This document shows, piece by piece, positions 23,798 through 36,417 of a stretch of 64,000 nt of DNA. Positions within the stretch are counted from its first letter, which is position 1, and every line of letters begins with the position of its first letter. Position numbers and translations under genes: made by a program. Source of the stretch: Negaprion brevirostris (taxonomy: Eukaryota); contig JARDVH010000001.1 in NCBI GenBank assembly GCA_030324005.1, positions 90,525,687 through 90,589,686 of the forward strand. Direction: 5' to 3'. The notes below the pieces were generated by a model. The model ran no database searches, was not told the DNA's origin, and saw nothing but the letters and a program-made list of their open reading frames with translations.

Positions 23798-24240
23798 TGG
23801 GTTAGTTGCGAGCATTCTTGCCTCTAAATCAGATGTGGGTTCAAGTCCCAATCCATGTACTTGAGTATAAAATTCTGGCTGACATTCCAGTGTAGTATTG
23901 AGGGAATACTGCACTGCTGGAGGTGTTTTATTTTAGACATGTTAAAGCAAACCTTTGCCTGTTCTCTAAGATAGCAATCTCACAGCACTATTTCAAAAAG
24001 GAGTAGGTAATTTAATCCATGGGCCTGGCCAATATTTATCTCTCAATGAGCTTCACAAAAACATACTGACTAGTCATTATCGCTTTGCTGTTTGTGAGAG
24101 TTTCCTGTGTGCAAATTAACTGCAGCATTTCCTATAATATGACAGTAACTACACTTCAGAGATATTTCATTGGTTTGAAAGTTTTGGAACATCCTGAGAT
24201 CATAAAAGGTGCTATATAAATGCAAGTTTTTTTTTCTTTC
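23798..24240 (+). mobile_element. Deu-domain SINE (SacSINE1-like), near full length
   Basis: tRNA head gtgggttcaagtccca, core cctggccaatatttatctctcaa...tgctgtttgtgagag..tgtgtgcaaatt and tail aaaggtgctatataaatgcaagttt. Confidence 0.8.
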
Positions 24241-24559
24241 CTCTGCTTTATGAGCTTAATTTTTTAAAATTAGATCCAAATGAATAAGGAAATTAAGAAT
24301 TAGTTTTTGTGTCATGTTTTAAACTTGTTTTTTGAAGACAGATAGGGAATGGAATGCTTTCCGTTTTGGTTATAACAGTGCAACACTCATGTGAATGCTG
24401 TCAGGTCAGATTAAGCACAGGTAGGTTCTCCCCTCCTCCTCCCCCCACCCCAAATTTGAAACAGAAGTCCTACTGCACTAGTGTGGTAGTATTTCTGTTT
24501 CCCGTACTAGTCTTTCTGAACATAGTTGCCAACTTAGTGCCAGATCAAACTCATTTTTT

Positions 24560-24736
24560 GGGTAAGATTTTCTTGGAAATTATCAAAGGCCAATTCTTGG
24601 TAAGCAAGGGGTTGATAGGTCATTGGGAATAGGCTAAATGCAGATTTGAGGTTAATAACAGATCAGCCATGATCTTATATGGTAGGCAGGCTTGAGGGGC
24701 TGAAAGGCCTATTTCTGCTCCTTGCTTGTATGTTCT
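24560..24736 (+). mobile_element. CR1 3'UTR/tail fragment
   Basis: cagatcagccatgatctta...gcaggcttgaggggctgaaaggcctatttctgctcct..ttgtatgttc. Confidence 0.7.
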
Positions 24737-24858
24737 CAGTGGAGAAGGCCAGAAAATATTTGAGCAGTTGAGTGAAGGCTGTCCAGCTATGATATGGTGG
24801 TAAGTGTTCTCAAAAAAAAAATACTTGAGGTGATCAAGCAATATGCATTCAGCCAGAG

Positions 24859-24932
24859 ATGATGTGGATATGCTGGCGTTGGACTGGGGTAAACACAGTA
24901 AAAAGTCTGACAACACCAGGTTTAAGTCCAAC
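24859..24932 (-). mobile_element. Penelope-like end running into a gap
   Basis: atgatgtggatatgctggcgttggactgggg...acaacaccaggtttaagtccaac, homologous to 10209-10285. Confidence 0.7.
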
Positions 24933-25230
24933 NNNNNNNNNNNNNNNNNNNNNNNNNNNNNNNNNNNNNNNNNNNNNNNNNNNNNNNNNNNNNNNNNNNN
25001 NNNNNNNNNNNNNNNNNNNNNNNNNNNNNNNNAAATGCAGCAGCATTGTGGCAATTGGCGTATATGTGTACATATTCTTTTGGTACACTAACCAATGAAT
25101 AAATTAATGACTAATTAATTGAAAATTACTCAATTCCACAAATTATGAAATGTTATCTCTTGGAAGATGATTTCATTAGAAGGGGGGTAAAGATTAAGTG
25201 CTCAATAGTTTACTTGACCTGTGTTTGATT

Positions 25231-25345
25231 AAAGTTTGTTTATTAGTGTCACAAGAAGGCTTACATTAACATTGAAGTTACTGTGAAAATCCCTTAGTCG
25301 CCACACTCTGGCACCTGTTTGGGTACACTGAGGGAAAATTTAGAA
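25231..25345 (-). mobile_element. V-SINE tail fragment
   Basis: aaagtttgtttattagtgtcacaag..ggcttacattaaca..gaagttactgtgaaaatccc...cactgaggga.aatttag. Confidence 0.75.
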
Positions 25346-26897
25346 TTATGTTAGCCTGTTGATTGATCTATTTCACTGCGCTTGACTGATTAAGGCCTCT
25401 AAGGGAAAAATAAACAAATGCTTTCAAAGAGACCTGAGAAGCCTGAACTATGAACATTTGTTTTGAAAACCTATGATTGTTGAGATACTTTAAAACACTA
25501 TAAATAAACCTGTTGTACACTTAGAACCAGTGTCAATTCTGCATCACTCTGTGGTAAATCAGGTATCTAAAATATAAAACAAACTAGTGAATACACAAAT
25601 AACATGTCCCACATAACCAGTTGCTATTGTCTCAGATTTGCTTGTTTGGTCATTAACGTTTAACAGGATTGCTAAATCTTATACAATAACATATATTCGT
25701 CAATGTTTTACCAGACTTCATTCTGAAACCACAACCTAAACTTCTACTATTGTAATTCATGAATCATGTTTCCAGAGTAAAACATTAGAGTTAACTTTTC
25801 ACATTGAAGCAATGACCATCATAGCTGAATGCTGATTGCCCTACCTCTGCTCCACATACATAACTATTCAGCAACATGAACACAGGTGGTGGCAGATTGC
25901 CTATAGCATCTAGAAGAGTGTCATTAAAATGTGATTTTTCAATAGAATCAGTAAACATGCTTGAGTTACATTTCTACAGTTACCAAATGCTATGCATGAT
26001 TCTGCATTGATGAGGTAATTCGTGCCTAGGTCCTTTAATATAATTAACTTTGAGTTTCATCCTTCGGTGTTCCTCTTATGGTGATTATCGCACAGAATTT
26101 CAAACAAACACAAAGTTTTTTCAGCCTCAGTGTAGTGAAAAATCCATTTATAGAAACAAATTATTAGGGCCCTGAAACCAAGACTTACATCTGTATGTTT
26201 AAGATGAAGAAATAGAGATAATAGAACATATGCAGGCATTGCCTATAGTCTGAAAATTGTGTATGGCATTTGAATCTGTGATATAGAGACAACTAAATTA
26301 AAACAATGCCTTGAGAGAAAACAATTAAGATATAACTGAATGTTATGAACTTCAAGAAATGTCATTCATATGAACTAGATTTAGGCAAGTTTCTTTTCTT
26401 TTTTGCATTTTCCTATACCGTCATAAGACGGAGGACTGCACCACCTGCTAGGCTGTTCTCAGAAACATGTGATTGTAAAAAAAAAATTTATTCAAATAAA
26501 AGTTGTAATTTCATTTCATTAACATCTGCTGGTATTTTTAAATTGACTTACATTGTTCTCCCTTTTCCCGTGAGGTGACGGATAAGATTTTATTTATATT
26601 TACATTGGAGCATGATGCCACTTGTGATAAGTGTCAGATGCATTCCATTTATGTTCTTACTATTAATGAGATACTCTGATTCTACCCAACAGGCTAATTG
26701 CACTTAAGTTACAGATTTACATTCAGCGAATCCAGAATTGCTGTTCAGAAAAAACTTATTTTGTGTTGAATAAATAGAATGTGAGACCACTAAGTCCAAA
26801 GGAGTGATTACTGATGTTTTATATTACCCTAGTTTAATAGTTGGTAGCACTCTTGCGCTGAGTCAGAGAAATGTAGCTCCAGATGTCATAATAGACA

Positions 26898-29300
26898 GGG
26901 GCCTGGATTTTGCACTCCTGTTTGCGTCAGGCGGGTTTGGTAATAGCAACGGAAAATATTGTGAGAAGTGCAAAATGGCATTTTATGCCAGTGTGAAAAC
27001 TTGCCACAATCACTCCCTCCCCCATCAGTGGTGGGCTGTGTTCCTGCCATTCAGGCCCAAATGCTAAAATCATATTCACCCATCAAATAATCCACCCATG
27101 GCAGTGTGATGGCAGAATAGCGCAAATCACAACTAGCTTCAAAAGCTGTGCACCTGATGAGAAGACCTCCAAAGGGACCTCCGAGATGAGTGCTGCTCCA
27201 TGTATTCAGGGGAAGCAGGATATTGGAGCTTTATTTGGGATTCACCAGACTTGACCAGGGGATATGAAAGCTTGTTTCAAAGGGGTACTGGGGTTTGACT
27301 CAAAGGGAGATTGGAGTAAAACTGGATGGGTACTGGTGTAAGACGAGAACTGGGGTAAGACTGGAAGGGTATTGCAAGATGGGTGTGGACCCCAGGGTAC
27401 CTGGGTCCTAATTGGGCCTCACAGAGAGAAGGGAAGCTTGGGACAGTGCAGTGGGTGGGGGGAGGAGAGAAGGAGGTGGAAAGTCATCATGAATGATGGT
27501 TCACTGAAATCTGGGGTGGGGACATCAGGAGGCAGTCTGTTGAGCAGGACAAGGATAATTGAAAAATTTGTAAGTTACCAACATGCTGTTGAAGCTGAGA
27601 TCACTCAGTTGCAACTCAATTGACATGCCTGGAATCAAATAAGGCACGGTATTATGCCCACTCAAGCATCACTTATGTTTGTGAGTGCAACTGATTACTG
27701 CTCAGCGTTTAACCCTTGAAGCATTAATTTTCAAAGCTGATGACTGCTATGGTGTGTCTGTACCATTGGCTAACTGGGCAAGCAACTATATTCACTTAGA
27801 GAGTTGGCAATCACACGCAGCCTGAGGAGAATGCTCCTCATCTTTGGCAGTATGCTAAGGTGCAAATTGGCAAGTCCTCCCCCACCTCCCCATACACTAG
27901 GTTGGGCACATGATCTGGGGGTAAAGATTTGGACAATGCCTGCACCTGAAATTAGAGCTCAGGATGCAGTAGAGTGGCCAAAGCTATGGCCATTTGGTCA
28001 TGTGGTGTTTAAGGCTGGTGTGCAGAGTTGCTAAAGCAGAATGCAAACTTAGGACTGGGTATCAATATTGTTGCGAAGACAAGAGTCAGTGGATTTTGAG
28101 AGATAGCTACAGGTGATGAATTGCCAAAGAGCAGTCCTTAGGAGATAAATGTTAATTGGAAAGTCTCTCTTTTTGATACTTACATGTGGAGAACATACGG
28201 AACCAGTGTTTCCCCCGTCATTNNNNNNNNNNNNNNNNNNNNNNNNNNNNNNNNNNNNNNNNNNNNNNNNNNNNNNNNNNNNNNNNNNNNNNNNNNNNNN
28301 NNNNNNNNNNNNNNNNNNNNNNTTCTTCTACTCATCGACAGTACTGAGTGGCTCATCAAAGGCATCAGTAATACCATGAAAAGAAAGGGTTGGCATGACC
28401 TGTTCTGCATGCAGAGGATGAACTCCAGAGAGCCGTCTCTCAGAGGCACTTCACTAGATTAAGGGTTTATAGATGAGGCCTAACATACCTGCAGGTGTTG
28501 AGAACTAGTGTCAATAGTCTATTCATATCCAGGAAACTGGTTGGTCACATCTGCAACTTTCTGCAAGATTCAGGGCCATGGGGGCCTGGAGGGCATTTGC
28601 CTCTAATATTACTCAAAGTTACTGCAGTGCTCAATATTTATGTCAGTGGCTCCTTACAGAGCTCCACAGTTCGTCTTTGGGATTTCGCAAGCCTCTACAC
28701 ACGAGTGCATCCAGGAGGCGAGGGCACGCAACTTTGTCCATTTCAACTGGGATCAGGCAAGCCAGGATGAATGATGGGCTTTGCACAAATCTCTGGTTTT
28801 CCATAGGTGAAGCATGCCATCAATTGCACTCAAGCTTCCATTTATTGAATGTTTAGCTGGTCTGCAACCACAACAAACACATCGTGCAAGTGTGTGTTTG
28901 ATTCCCAGGGACTGTACATGATTCCTACATTCTGAACCACTCTCAGATCCCTGATATCTTTCAGGATCCACAAAGGCTTCATGGTTGGCTCCTCAGGGAC
29001 AAGGGCTGCCCACTGAAAAGGAGGAAGCCACAGATTGCTATTGAAACAAGGTGCAATGAGACTGATGCTACAACTTCCAGTTTGGTGGATCAGACCATAG
29101 GGATGCTGAAGATGAGGTTCCCATGCCTGGAACGGCCTGATGGAACCATGCAATACAGTTCGCAGAAAGTGTCATGCAATGTTGTCGTCTGCTGTGCTCT
29201 GCACCACTGGGTGCTGCAACGACGGGGGGGGAGGAGCTGCCTGAGGAGGAGATGGAAAAAGGCATGTTTCCTCTGACGGATGTTGAAGGGAGAGGATGCT
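26898..29300 (+). mobile_element. PIF/Harbinger DNA transposon relic (left terminus plus transposase), right end truncated
   Basis: A terminus gggcctggattttgcactcctg at ~26898 is followed by GC-richer internal sequence and a decayed transposase at ~28430-29230. Linking the terminus to the transposase is inference. Confidence 0.55.
28430..29230 (+). pseudogene. Harbinger (HARBI1-like, DDE_Tnp_4) transposase pseudogene
   Basis: Collinear motifs with stops and frameshifts: RVYR, KVTAVLNIYVSGSLQ, FHLLNV*LVCNH...QVCV*FPGTVHDSYIL, GWLLRDKG and DQTIGMLKMRFPCLERPDGTMQYSSQKVSCNVVVCCALHH. Confidence 0.88.
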
Positions 29301-29304
29301 GGCC

Positions 29305-29700
29305 ATGAAGCAAATTTCCAGAGATTGTGTTGGTGGTGTCTGGGACGTTTTCTGTCAGATATGATTCTGTGAGTATGACTATGTCAACCAATTACTTGAC
29401 TAATCTCCTAATTTTTAGCACAATCCTCCAGATTTTGCAAGGTTGACAGGACTGGGTAAACTGTTGTTATTTCTGATATCTAATTTGATGCTGGTGCTCC
29501 ATCTAGTTTGATTCCTTTTTGATTTTATAACAGTTTAGTACAACTGAGTGGCTTGCATTTCAGGCATCATTTAAGAGTTAACCATATAAGTCACATGTGT
29601 GTCAGACCAGCTAAGGATGGCAGATTTTCTTCACTGAAGGGCAATAGTGAACTAAATGGGTTTTTTATGATAACTGACAAGATTTCTTCATGGGGGTTTC
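29305..29700 (-). mobile_element. LINE endonuclease fragment plus partial Meta-type SINE-like sequence
   Basis: VDIVILTESYLTENVPDTTNTISG on the minus strand (APE N-terminus), followed by ttaagagttaaccat...cagaccagctaaggatggcagatttt. Confidence 0.55.
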
Positions 29701-30282
29701 AGTTACAGTGAGACCATGGAGAGGGAAGAGACATCCTTACCTTCTAACCACAGTATTTAGAGCTAGAGCAGTGTCACCTCAGTCTCAGAGAAGTCTGCAA
29801 TTACAGGCCTATGTCATCTGAAACAACACCTACAAATAATTGCTATAGTTGGCACTGCATTGTCTGTTGCAGTCAGAGTGACATTAATTAATTTTTTAGT
29901 TAGTGTTTAAAATATGGAAATATTTAACCATAATCATATATGTATAAAATAATGACAAGTCATAATAGCAGTGCTGCAGGGGTGATTTCAGCAATTGCAG
30001 CCAATCGATAGCACATACTCACATTAAGCAGGTGACTGGTGATATGTTTGCAAAAGCAAACAGACTCACTTTCCCCGAGTAACCAAAAAAAAGCAGGATT
30101 TTAGCCCTGGAATGCGTGCTGTGATGTCATTGGATGCAGAAAGTCACCGGAAAGCTTCCTGGTAATGAACAGTGCTGCCTTCATAAACAGAAAAGCATTC
30201 TACTCCACTAATGTACAGTTGGTTTATGATCACCAGGAGTGCACAATGCATGTCATTTTGTATCTACTTTTTTGGAAGCTGC

Positions 30283-31192
30283 TGTAATATTTTTATATTC
30301 TGCCAATCCTCCATGCTCCAACTCTTTGATCTTGTATAGCAAAAGGAAGGCTGGTTACTGCCTGTTGCGAAGCTGGGCAGAGTAATTATACATTGGTGTT
30401 TGTAAAATTGTAAGATGTTAGGGAGAAAGCATTGCATGGTTCCTTTAAAAGGTGAAGGTTTTTCTGTGCTTAGAGAGTTAAAAAATAATGCAAGTTCATA
30501 GAGAGCCCCAAACTGAAACATTTGTATCAAAAACCCAAGTAGCAGTTTTTAATCAAGATCTTTCAGAATTTTTTGAATTTAGCCAATAAATTTGAATTAG
30601 ACATTTAGATACCAAGAATGTATTAAATTTAAATCTGATGTTTTGACAACCTACAATCAATCCTATTGTGGGAAATATTGATTTGTCATCACAGGTATAA
30701 AAGAAGTGGGACAAAAAAGTTAGAGCAACTGCCACCTGCCAGAAAAAACAGCTCACATCTCTCAGAGAGAGAGAAAATTACGGACTCTCATAACTTCATC
30801 AACGTCTTGGACAAAGGACCATCAAGGTAGCAAAGGTACCAAAGAAGAAAAAAGTTCCATCCACAAGAATCAACAGAAAAGTCCCAGAATATTCCGGAAG
30901 ACAGAAAACCTGATGGTAATTTAGAAAGTGACTAAATTCTATTTGTTAATTAGTGGGAATTGTGTTTATTGGAACAGCATGCCTTTAGAACCTCGTTTTA
31001 TTCGGTTTGTTTGTAGTTTAATGAATTTGATCACTATTATGTGTTGATATAAGAATGAATGTTTGGGATTTACTTTGTATTTAACCACTAGAAGTTGCTG
31101 AAGTGTGGGTTACATCACTTCAAACACAATTTTTACAGATTATGAGGCAAGGTACTCCTCTGGGTATTTTTGTGTTAGTTCCGTTTTGTAAC
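30283..31192 (+). mobile_element. Possible solo LTR
   Basis: Starts tgtaat, has a TATAAAA box near 30696 and a T-rich U5-like stretch, and ends near tgtaac. No confident target-site duplication was found. Confidence 0.3.
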
Positions 31193-31645
31193 GCTGCCTA
31201 AACACTTGACTTATGATCTGTCCCAAGAAGTTACATTTGGTGCTGAAACTATGCTACAGTTATATTCCTGGTTGAACTGAAACCCTCATCAAGTAAACCA
31301 TTGAAGTCTTCAAGCAAGAATTCTGATTTGCGTGAAGATCAGGTAGTCTCCTGCAAGACCATCCATGAATCCAGTTTCATTTGACTATGATATGCTGTTA
31401 CATGTTGCACAACCTCCCTCTGCAACAGGGAACCCCCATTAGGTGAGTAACCTTCAGCAGAATGATGAAGTTGACAGCAGGTTATGAGAAAACAGCAAGA
31501 CATCAACATCAGGCTGCAGCCCTTTTGCAATGAGCAACTCATCAATCCCACCTCTGCAATAACAGTTATGACCAAATCTCTCCCAGATCCTTGACTCTTC
31601 ACTTCTACTCAAAGGTCAAGATTAACATGCAAGTCATTTAGTAAT

Positions 31646-31957
31646 GGTGGCATGATGGCACAGTGATTACACTGTTGCCTCACAGCACCAGGGATCTTCC
31701 GGCCTTGGGTGACTGTGGAGTTTGCATGTTCTCCCTGTGTATGCATGGGTTTCCTCTGGGTGCTCCAGTTTCTCCTCTCAATCCAAACATGTGCAGGTTA
31801 GATTGATTGGTCATGCTAAATTGCCCCTTGGTGTCAGGAGGATTAGCAAGGTAAATATGTGGAGTTACAGGAACAGCGCTGGGTGGGATTGTTGTCAGTA
31901 TAGGCTGGATGGGCCAAATGGCGGCCTCCTGAACTGTAGGGATCCTATGATTTTGTG
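31646..31957 (+). mobile_element. HE1-like V-SINE with CR1-type tail
   Basis: tRNA head, V-domain and tail gatgggccaaatggc..cctcct..actgtagggatcctatgatt. Confidence 0.88.
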
Positions 31958-32859
31958 AAAACTAAAGAACATTTTGACACAAAGATTTCTGCAAAAGTTT
32001 AATCATTTTACTTGCTTACACAAATGCTAGCTGGGTGTGAAAAGGTAGCCTGTAGTACCTTTCTTAGGTGACCTTTTACCTACTCCAAACGAGGTATTCC
32101 CGTAGTAGCTTCAGCATGTGATGACAGGATTTTCTAGCTGGGCAAGTAAGTTAGATGGGGAGGGAGGGGGCAGGGGTGGGGGGGAGCTCAGACTAGCAGT
32201 GGTATTACTGTAGAGCCAAGATGAGCATTCTCAGTCCTCTTGAATCCATATTACACTCAGTGAAAATCAAAAACGTACCAATTTTTTGTTGGCTTTCAAC
32301 TACTCCTTCAAGAAACATTGATTAGGCTGTTGTAGCCTCAGGAAAAGTGGAGCCTTAATACTAGTGTTAGGATGTTGATTAGCATAGTTAAGTCTTTACT
32401 TTTCATAAATTCATGAACGTAGCAAATGCATACCTGTTATACTGACTATTTTATATTCATCCACATTATGTAAATAAAAACAATTTCTAGTTCAAATCCT
32501 GTGCCTCAGTTTGGTAAGAATATTTATTTAGTCTGCTGCTAATCAAGAAAGGAGATTCACATGGCAGTAAATAACACATTTCAATCATCAGTGTACAGCA
32601 TAAGAATCCGAGAATAATATATCATTTACCCGGATAGTGAGCAGAAAATTGTAAACTCGAGATCCTGGGTAATGTATGGCCAGCTAGCAGGAGCAGTTGG
32701 TGATGCTGAACCTGAGATAATATCTAGCTTAAAACATAAAAAAATGAGAAGGGGTTTAAAAACATTTAAAAATGGAAGAAAAAGCATGCTTTTCTGAAAT
32801 AAATACACTTTCAGATGTTCATTTTTTCAAATTGTATTCTGAAGAGTAGAAATTTCAGT

Positions 32860-33200
32860 TATAGAGTCACAGAGGTTTACAGCATGGAAACAGGCCCTTT
32901 GGCCCAACTTGTCCATGCCGTTCTTTTTTTTAACCACTAAGCTAGTCCCAGTTGCNNNNNNNNNNNNNNNNNNNNNNNNNNNNNNNNNAACGCTTTATAA
33001 AGACAAAATTGTACCTGCCTCTACTGCGACCTCTGGCAGCTTGTTCCAGACACTTACCACTAGAAAAATATTCAGAAAAATATGATATGTGGAAATATCC
33101 TCTAATTACTATTTGCAAACATACAAAATAAGAGCAGAAGTAGGCCGTTTGGCCCCCTGAGCCTGCTTTCCCATGGAATAAAACCATGGTTCATCTGTTT
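32860..33200 (-). mobile_element. Two CR1 tail fragments
   Basis: atagagtcacagaggtttacagcatggaaacaggccc... and aagagcagaagtaggccgtttggccccc.gagcctgct. Confidence 0.7.
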
Positions 33201-33822
33201 GTGATTGGTTATGCAACTAAATTAGTCTGATGTTGAATCAGCTGTGCTGAGCTGTTTCAAGTAGGTTAGAGCAGCTGTTCTCCTGGGCTATCCATCTTTA
33301 TTTTGCTGGGAAAGGCAAAAAAAATGCAACAAAGCATCTGAAACTAATCTCATTTCTGCATTTTGAATCTGTCATTTTGAAAATTTTCATTCAATTAAAT
33401 AACCTGAGAATGAATGTGCTGCTCCCACAGACGGCATTGAAGATTGGTCATGTAATAAAGACATCCTCAATGCTGGTGAAACTGGCTTTTTTTTTCAAAA
33501 CAAGCTATACACCCAAGCAAAGAGCTAGCTTTCATCAACAAAAAAATGCCCAGGTAGTGACAAAGCCAATCAGCATATTACCATCATGGTTTGCACCAGC
33601 ATGACTAGACACAAAAGGTGCTGGTGGCTGTGAATTCCAAAATCCTGAAGTGCTTTTGTGGTGTTGTTATCTGCAGATACAACAAAAATGCATGAATAAC
33701 TGAGGCTCTTTCCTGAGGTGTGGCTGTGCCTCTTTGACGTTGCAAGGCAAAAAAGTCACCTTGATACTTTGGACTGTGTAATATGTGACTGTGTGTGTGT
33801 CTGTGACTGAACTAGAGTTAAT

Positions 33823-35183
33823 GGTCAGGATTCTCCCCAAAAAAACTAAAGGCCCAACAGGAAAACAGGAGATCTTCCCACCTGATTTTTTGGGCGCACA
33901 TAGTGGAATGAGCTGCACAGAGTGCCCCAGGGAGATTCACACTGGTAAGGTGGGGCATGGCTTCATTTCAATGGAGAGGCCAGATGTGTGCACTGAGTGG
34001 GCCACTGTACATGCACCCATCTGTCAGTGAAGAAATTGGTGCATGCGTGCTTGCCCTCCTCCCATCGCCAGCCTCCTGATTGTTTTGCAACCCCCATCTT
34101 CTCCCCCCACCCAGAATTTCTGGTCTATCCAAACACCCTCTAACTGGGCCAGCCCCAATTACCAGTCTCTATAACTAGCCCTGATAGCTCCCCCCTCCCC
34201 AGGGCCTGCCCCTCCCTCTCCCGNNNNNNNNNNNNNNNNNNNNNNNNNNNNNNNNNNNNNNNNNNNNNNNNNNNNNNNNNNNNNNNNNNNNNNNNNNNNN
34301 NNNNNNNNNNNNNNNNNNNNNNNCGCACCAATCCCATTACAGAGTGCACAGTGGGTTCCAATCGGTCACATCCCCCAGTAGCCCCCCTGTTAGGCCCTGC
34401 CCCTTGGCGCTTGGGACTGCCCAGTGTCCAATGGGCAGTCCCAGGGTGCCCAGTGGACAGTTCTAAGGTGCTCAGTGGACAGTGCCCAAGGGGCATCCCC
34501 TTCCCATCCACTGATTCTGTCTACAGTCCCCGCTGCCTCAGCAAAGCAGCCAGCATAATTAAATACCCCACGAATCTTGGACATACTCTCTTCCACCTTT
34601 TTACAAAAGCCTGAGGTCATGTACCAACCGACTCAAGAACTGCTTCTTCCCGGCTGCTGTCAGACTTTTGAATAGACTTACCGAGCATTAAGTTGATCTT
34701 TCTCTGCACTCTAGCTATGACTGTAACTCTACATTCCGCACTGTCTTGTTTCCTTCTCTACAAATAGTATGCTTTGTACGGCGTGCAAAAAACAATACTT
34801 TTCACTGCATGTTAATACATTTGACAATAAATCAACTCAAATTTAGACCTGCCCCTGAGCTCCCGGAGGGGTGGGCGGGGGGGCCTCAATGCCATCTGTC
34901 CCTACCAGTGGTGTGAGTATGCCTGTTCCTATGGTGGGAAACAGTTGAAAACCCCATGATTTGGGACCCACTGCTGGCCCAGGGTAAACAATAGTGGAGC
35001 CCGGAGACTACCATCCCAGGCTCATTAATCATATGGAAATGATAGCACGGGACTGATAACGTGGCAAAACATAGCCTGGGAGACTCACAATTCGCCAGAT
35101 GTCGGTCCTGCTACAGGCCAGCTGATGTCTCTCGGCCTGCTGTGCGACACAAACAGTGCAGTGAGCTGCGAGAATCTTGGCCA
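33823..35183. mobile_element. Long non-autonomous Harbinger-type element
   Basis: Termini ggtcaggattctc / gagaatcttggcc. The left part is similar to the MITE at 14514, and the interior is GC-rich. Confidence 0.65.
34505..34840 (+). mobile_element. Rex1/Babar LINE 3' end nested in the DNA element
   Basis: STDSVYSPRCLSKAASIIK.PT..GHTLF with tail ttcactgcatgttaatacatttgacaataaatcaactcaaa. Confidence 0.75.
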
Positions 35184-35362
35184 ATATTCTTACTGTAATT
35201 GTCTATAACCCAACTCATAGAACTACAGAATGGCTGTAATACAGAAATACAGAGCAGAAGGAAGCCATAAAGACCACTGTATCCAGGCCAGCTCTCTTGA
35301 AAATCAACTAACCCACTGTCCCTGCCCTTTACCCTGCCATTTCTTAATGAAAGCACAATAAT

Positions 35363-35556
35363 GAGGATGTTGGAAATCTGAAACAGAAGTATAAAGTGCT
35401 GGCTAAACTCAGCAGGTCTGGCCACATCTGCTAAAAGAGAAACAGCTAACGTTTCAAGTCCATATGAACCATCTACAGCTGCAGAAGGACTCAAAAAGGT
35501 AACTGTGTTTCTCCACAGAGAAAGACCTGCTGAGTTTGCCCAGCATTTTATGCTTT
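35363..35556. mobile_element. Palindromic Penelope-derived element
   Basis: Arms tgctggctaaactcagcaggtct / agacctgctgagtttgcccagca centred on cagctg (~35478). It is inserted in an old minus-strand CR1 3' end. Confidence 0.7.
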
Positions 35557-36417
35557 TGTGGCTGAAATGTCTTCCTATCCAGTGCCATTTTGAAAGCCCT
35601 GATTGTATCTGCCTCAAGCACACTTTCAGGGAGTACATTCTGATCCTAACCACATAATGCTTAAAAAGGCTTTTCTTCAAGTTGCTGTTGCTTCCTTTGC
35701 CAACCAGTTTAACTAGATGTCCTATGGACCCTTCCACCAAAGGGAACTGTTTCCCTCAAATTGTCTTGACCCCTCATGATTTTGAAACTTTGGTCAAATT
35801 CCTACAAATTGATATGAGTGTGATTTCCAGGAAACAAAAATGTTTAGTGTGGAAAATGACTTTATAAAAATAATTCATTCTCAGGATCCAGAATTAATTC
35901 ACATTCCTGGCTATCATGGAGATGTGGTGGGACTTTTTCCTCAAACCACAGCAGTCTGTTCTCCTTGTCTGATACAACTATCTGTCTGGCCAATGTCTGA
36001 CTCCAATCCTATACTTAACTTTAAAATGCTCCAGCAAGCCAAAGTAAGAACAGCATGTTTTCTTTCTTGAAGGACATTAGTAAATGAGTTGAATTTTGTT
36101 CCAAACTGACAGCAACACAGTCACTATCACTGATTTTTAAAATGACAAGTTATATTTATATAGTGCCATTAATGTATGAAGTGCTTCACAGAACTGAATT
36201 GAACTTCTCAAACTACGAAGTGGGATTTGAATTCAAACTCTTTTGGGTTATTTGGCAGCCCTGTTGCTAGTCCAGCAACATAATTATTATACTAGGATAT
36301 TGCATTGTCTATGATGCTAGATTTCCATTTTTTCTGCATGTTGTGAAAAGATCTAATGATCCATTCAGTGAAGGAGGAATCCATTGCCAACTGCTTTCAG
36401 TGCTATAAATTATGTAA

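Noticed and set aside
25380-25620. Possible LTR fragment (aataaacctgttg...tataaaaca)
   Set aside because: Only a generic resemblance. No defined start, TSD or second copy was found.
28430-29276. Host HARBI1 gene
   Set aside because: It has multiple in-frame stops and frameshifts and lies in a transposon context, so it is a dead transposase.
35111-35740. 209-aa minus-strand ORF
   Set aside because: It runs across a CR1 3' end, a Penelope hairpin and a MITE terminus, so it is a chance chimeric frame with no recognisable domain.
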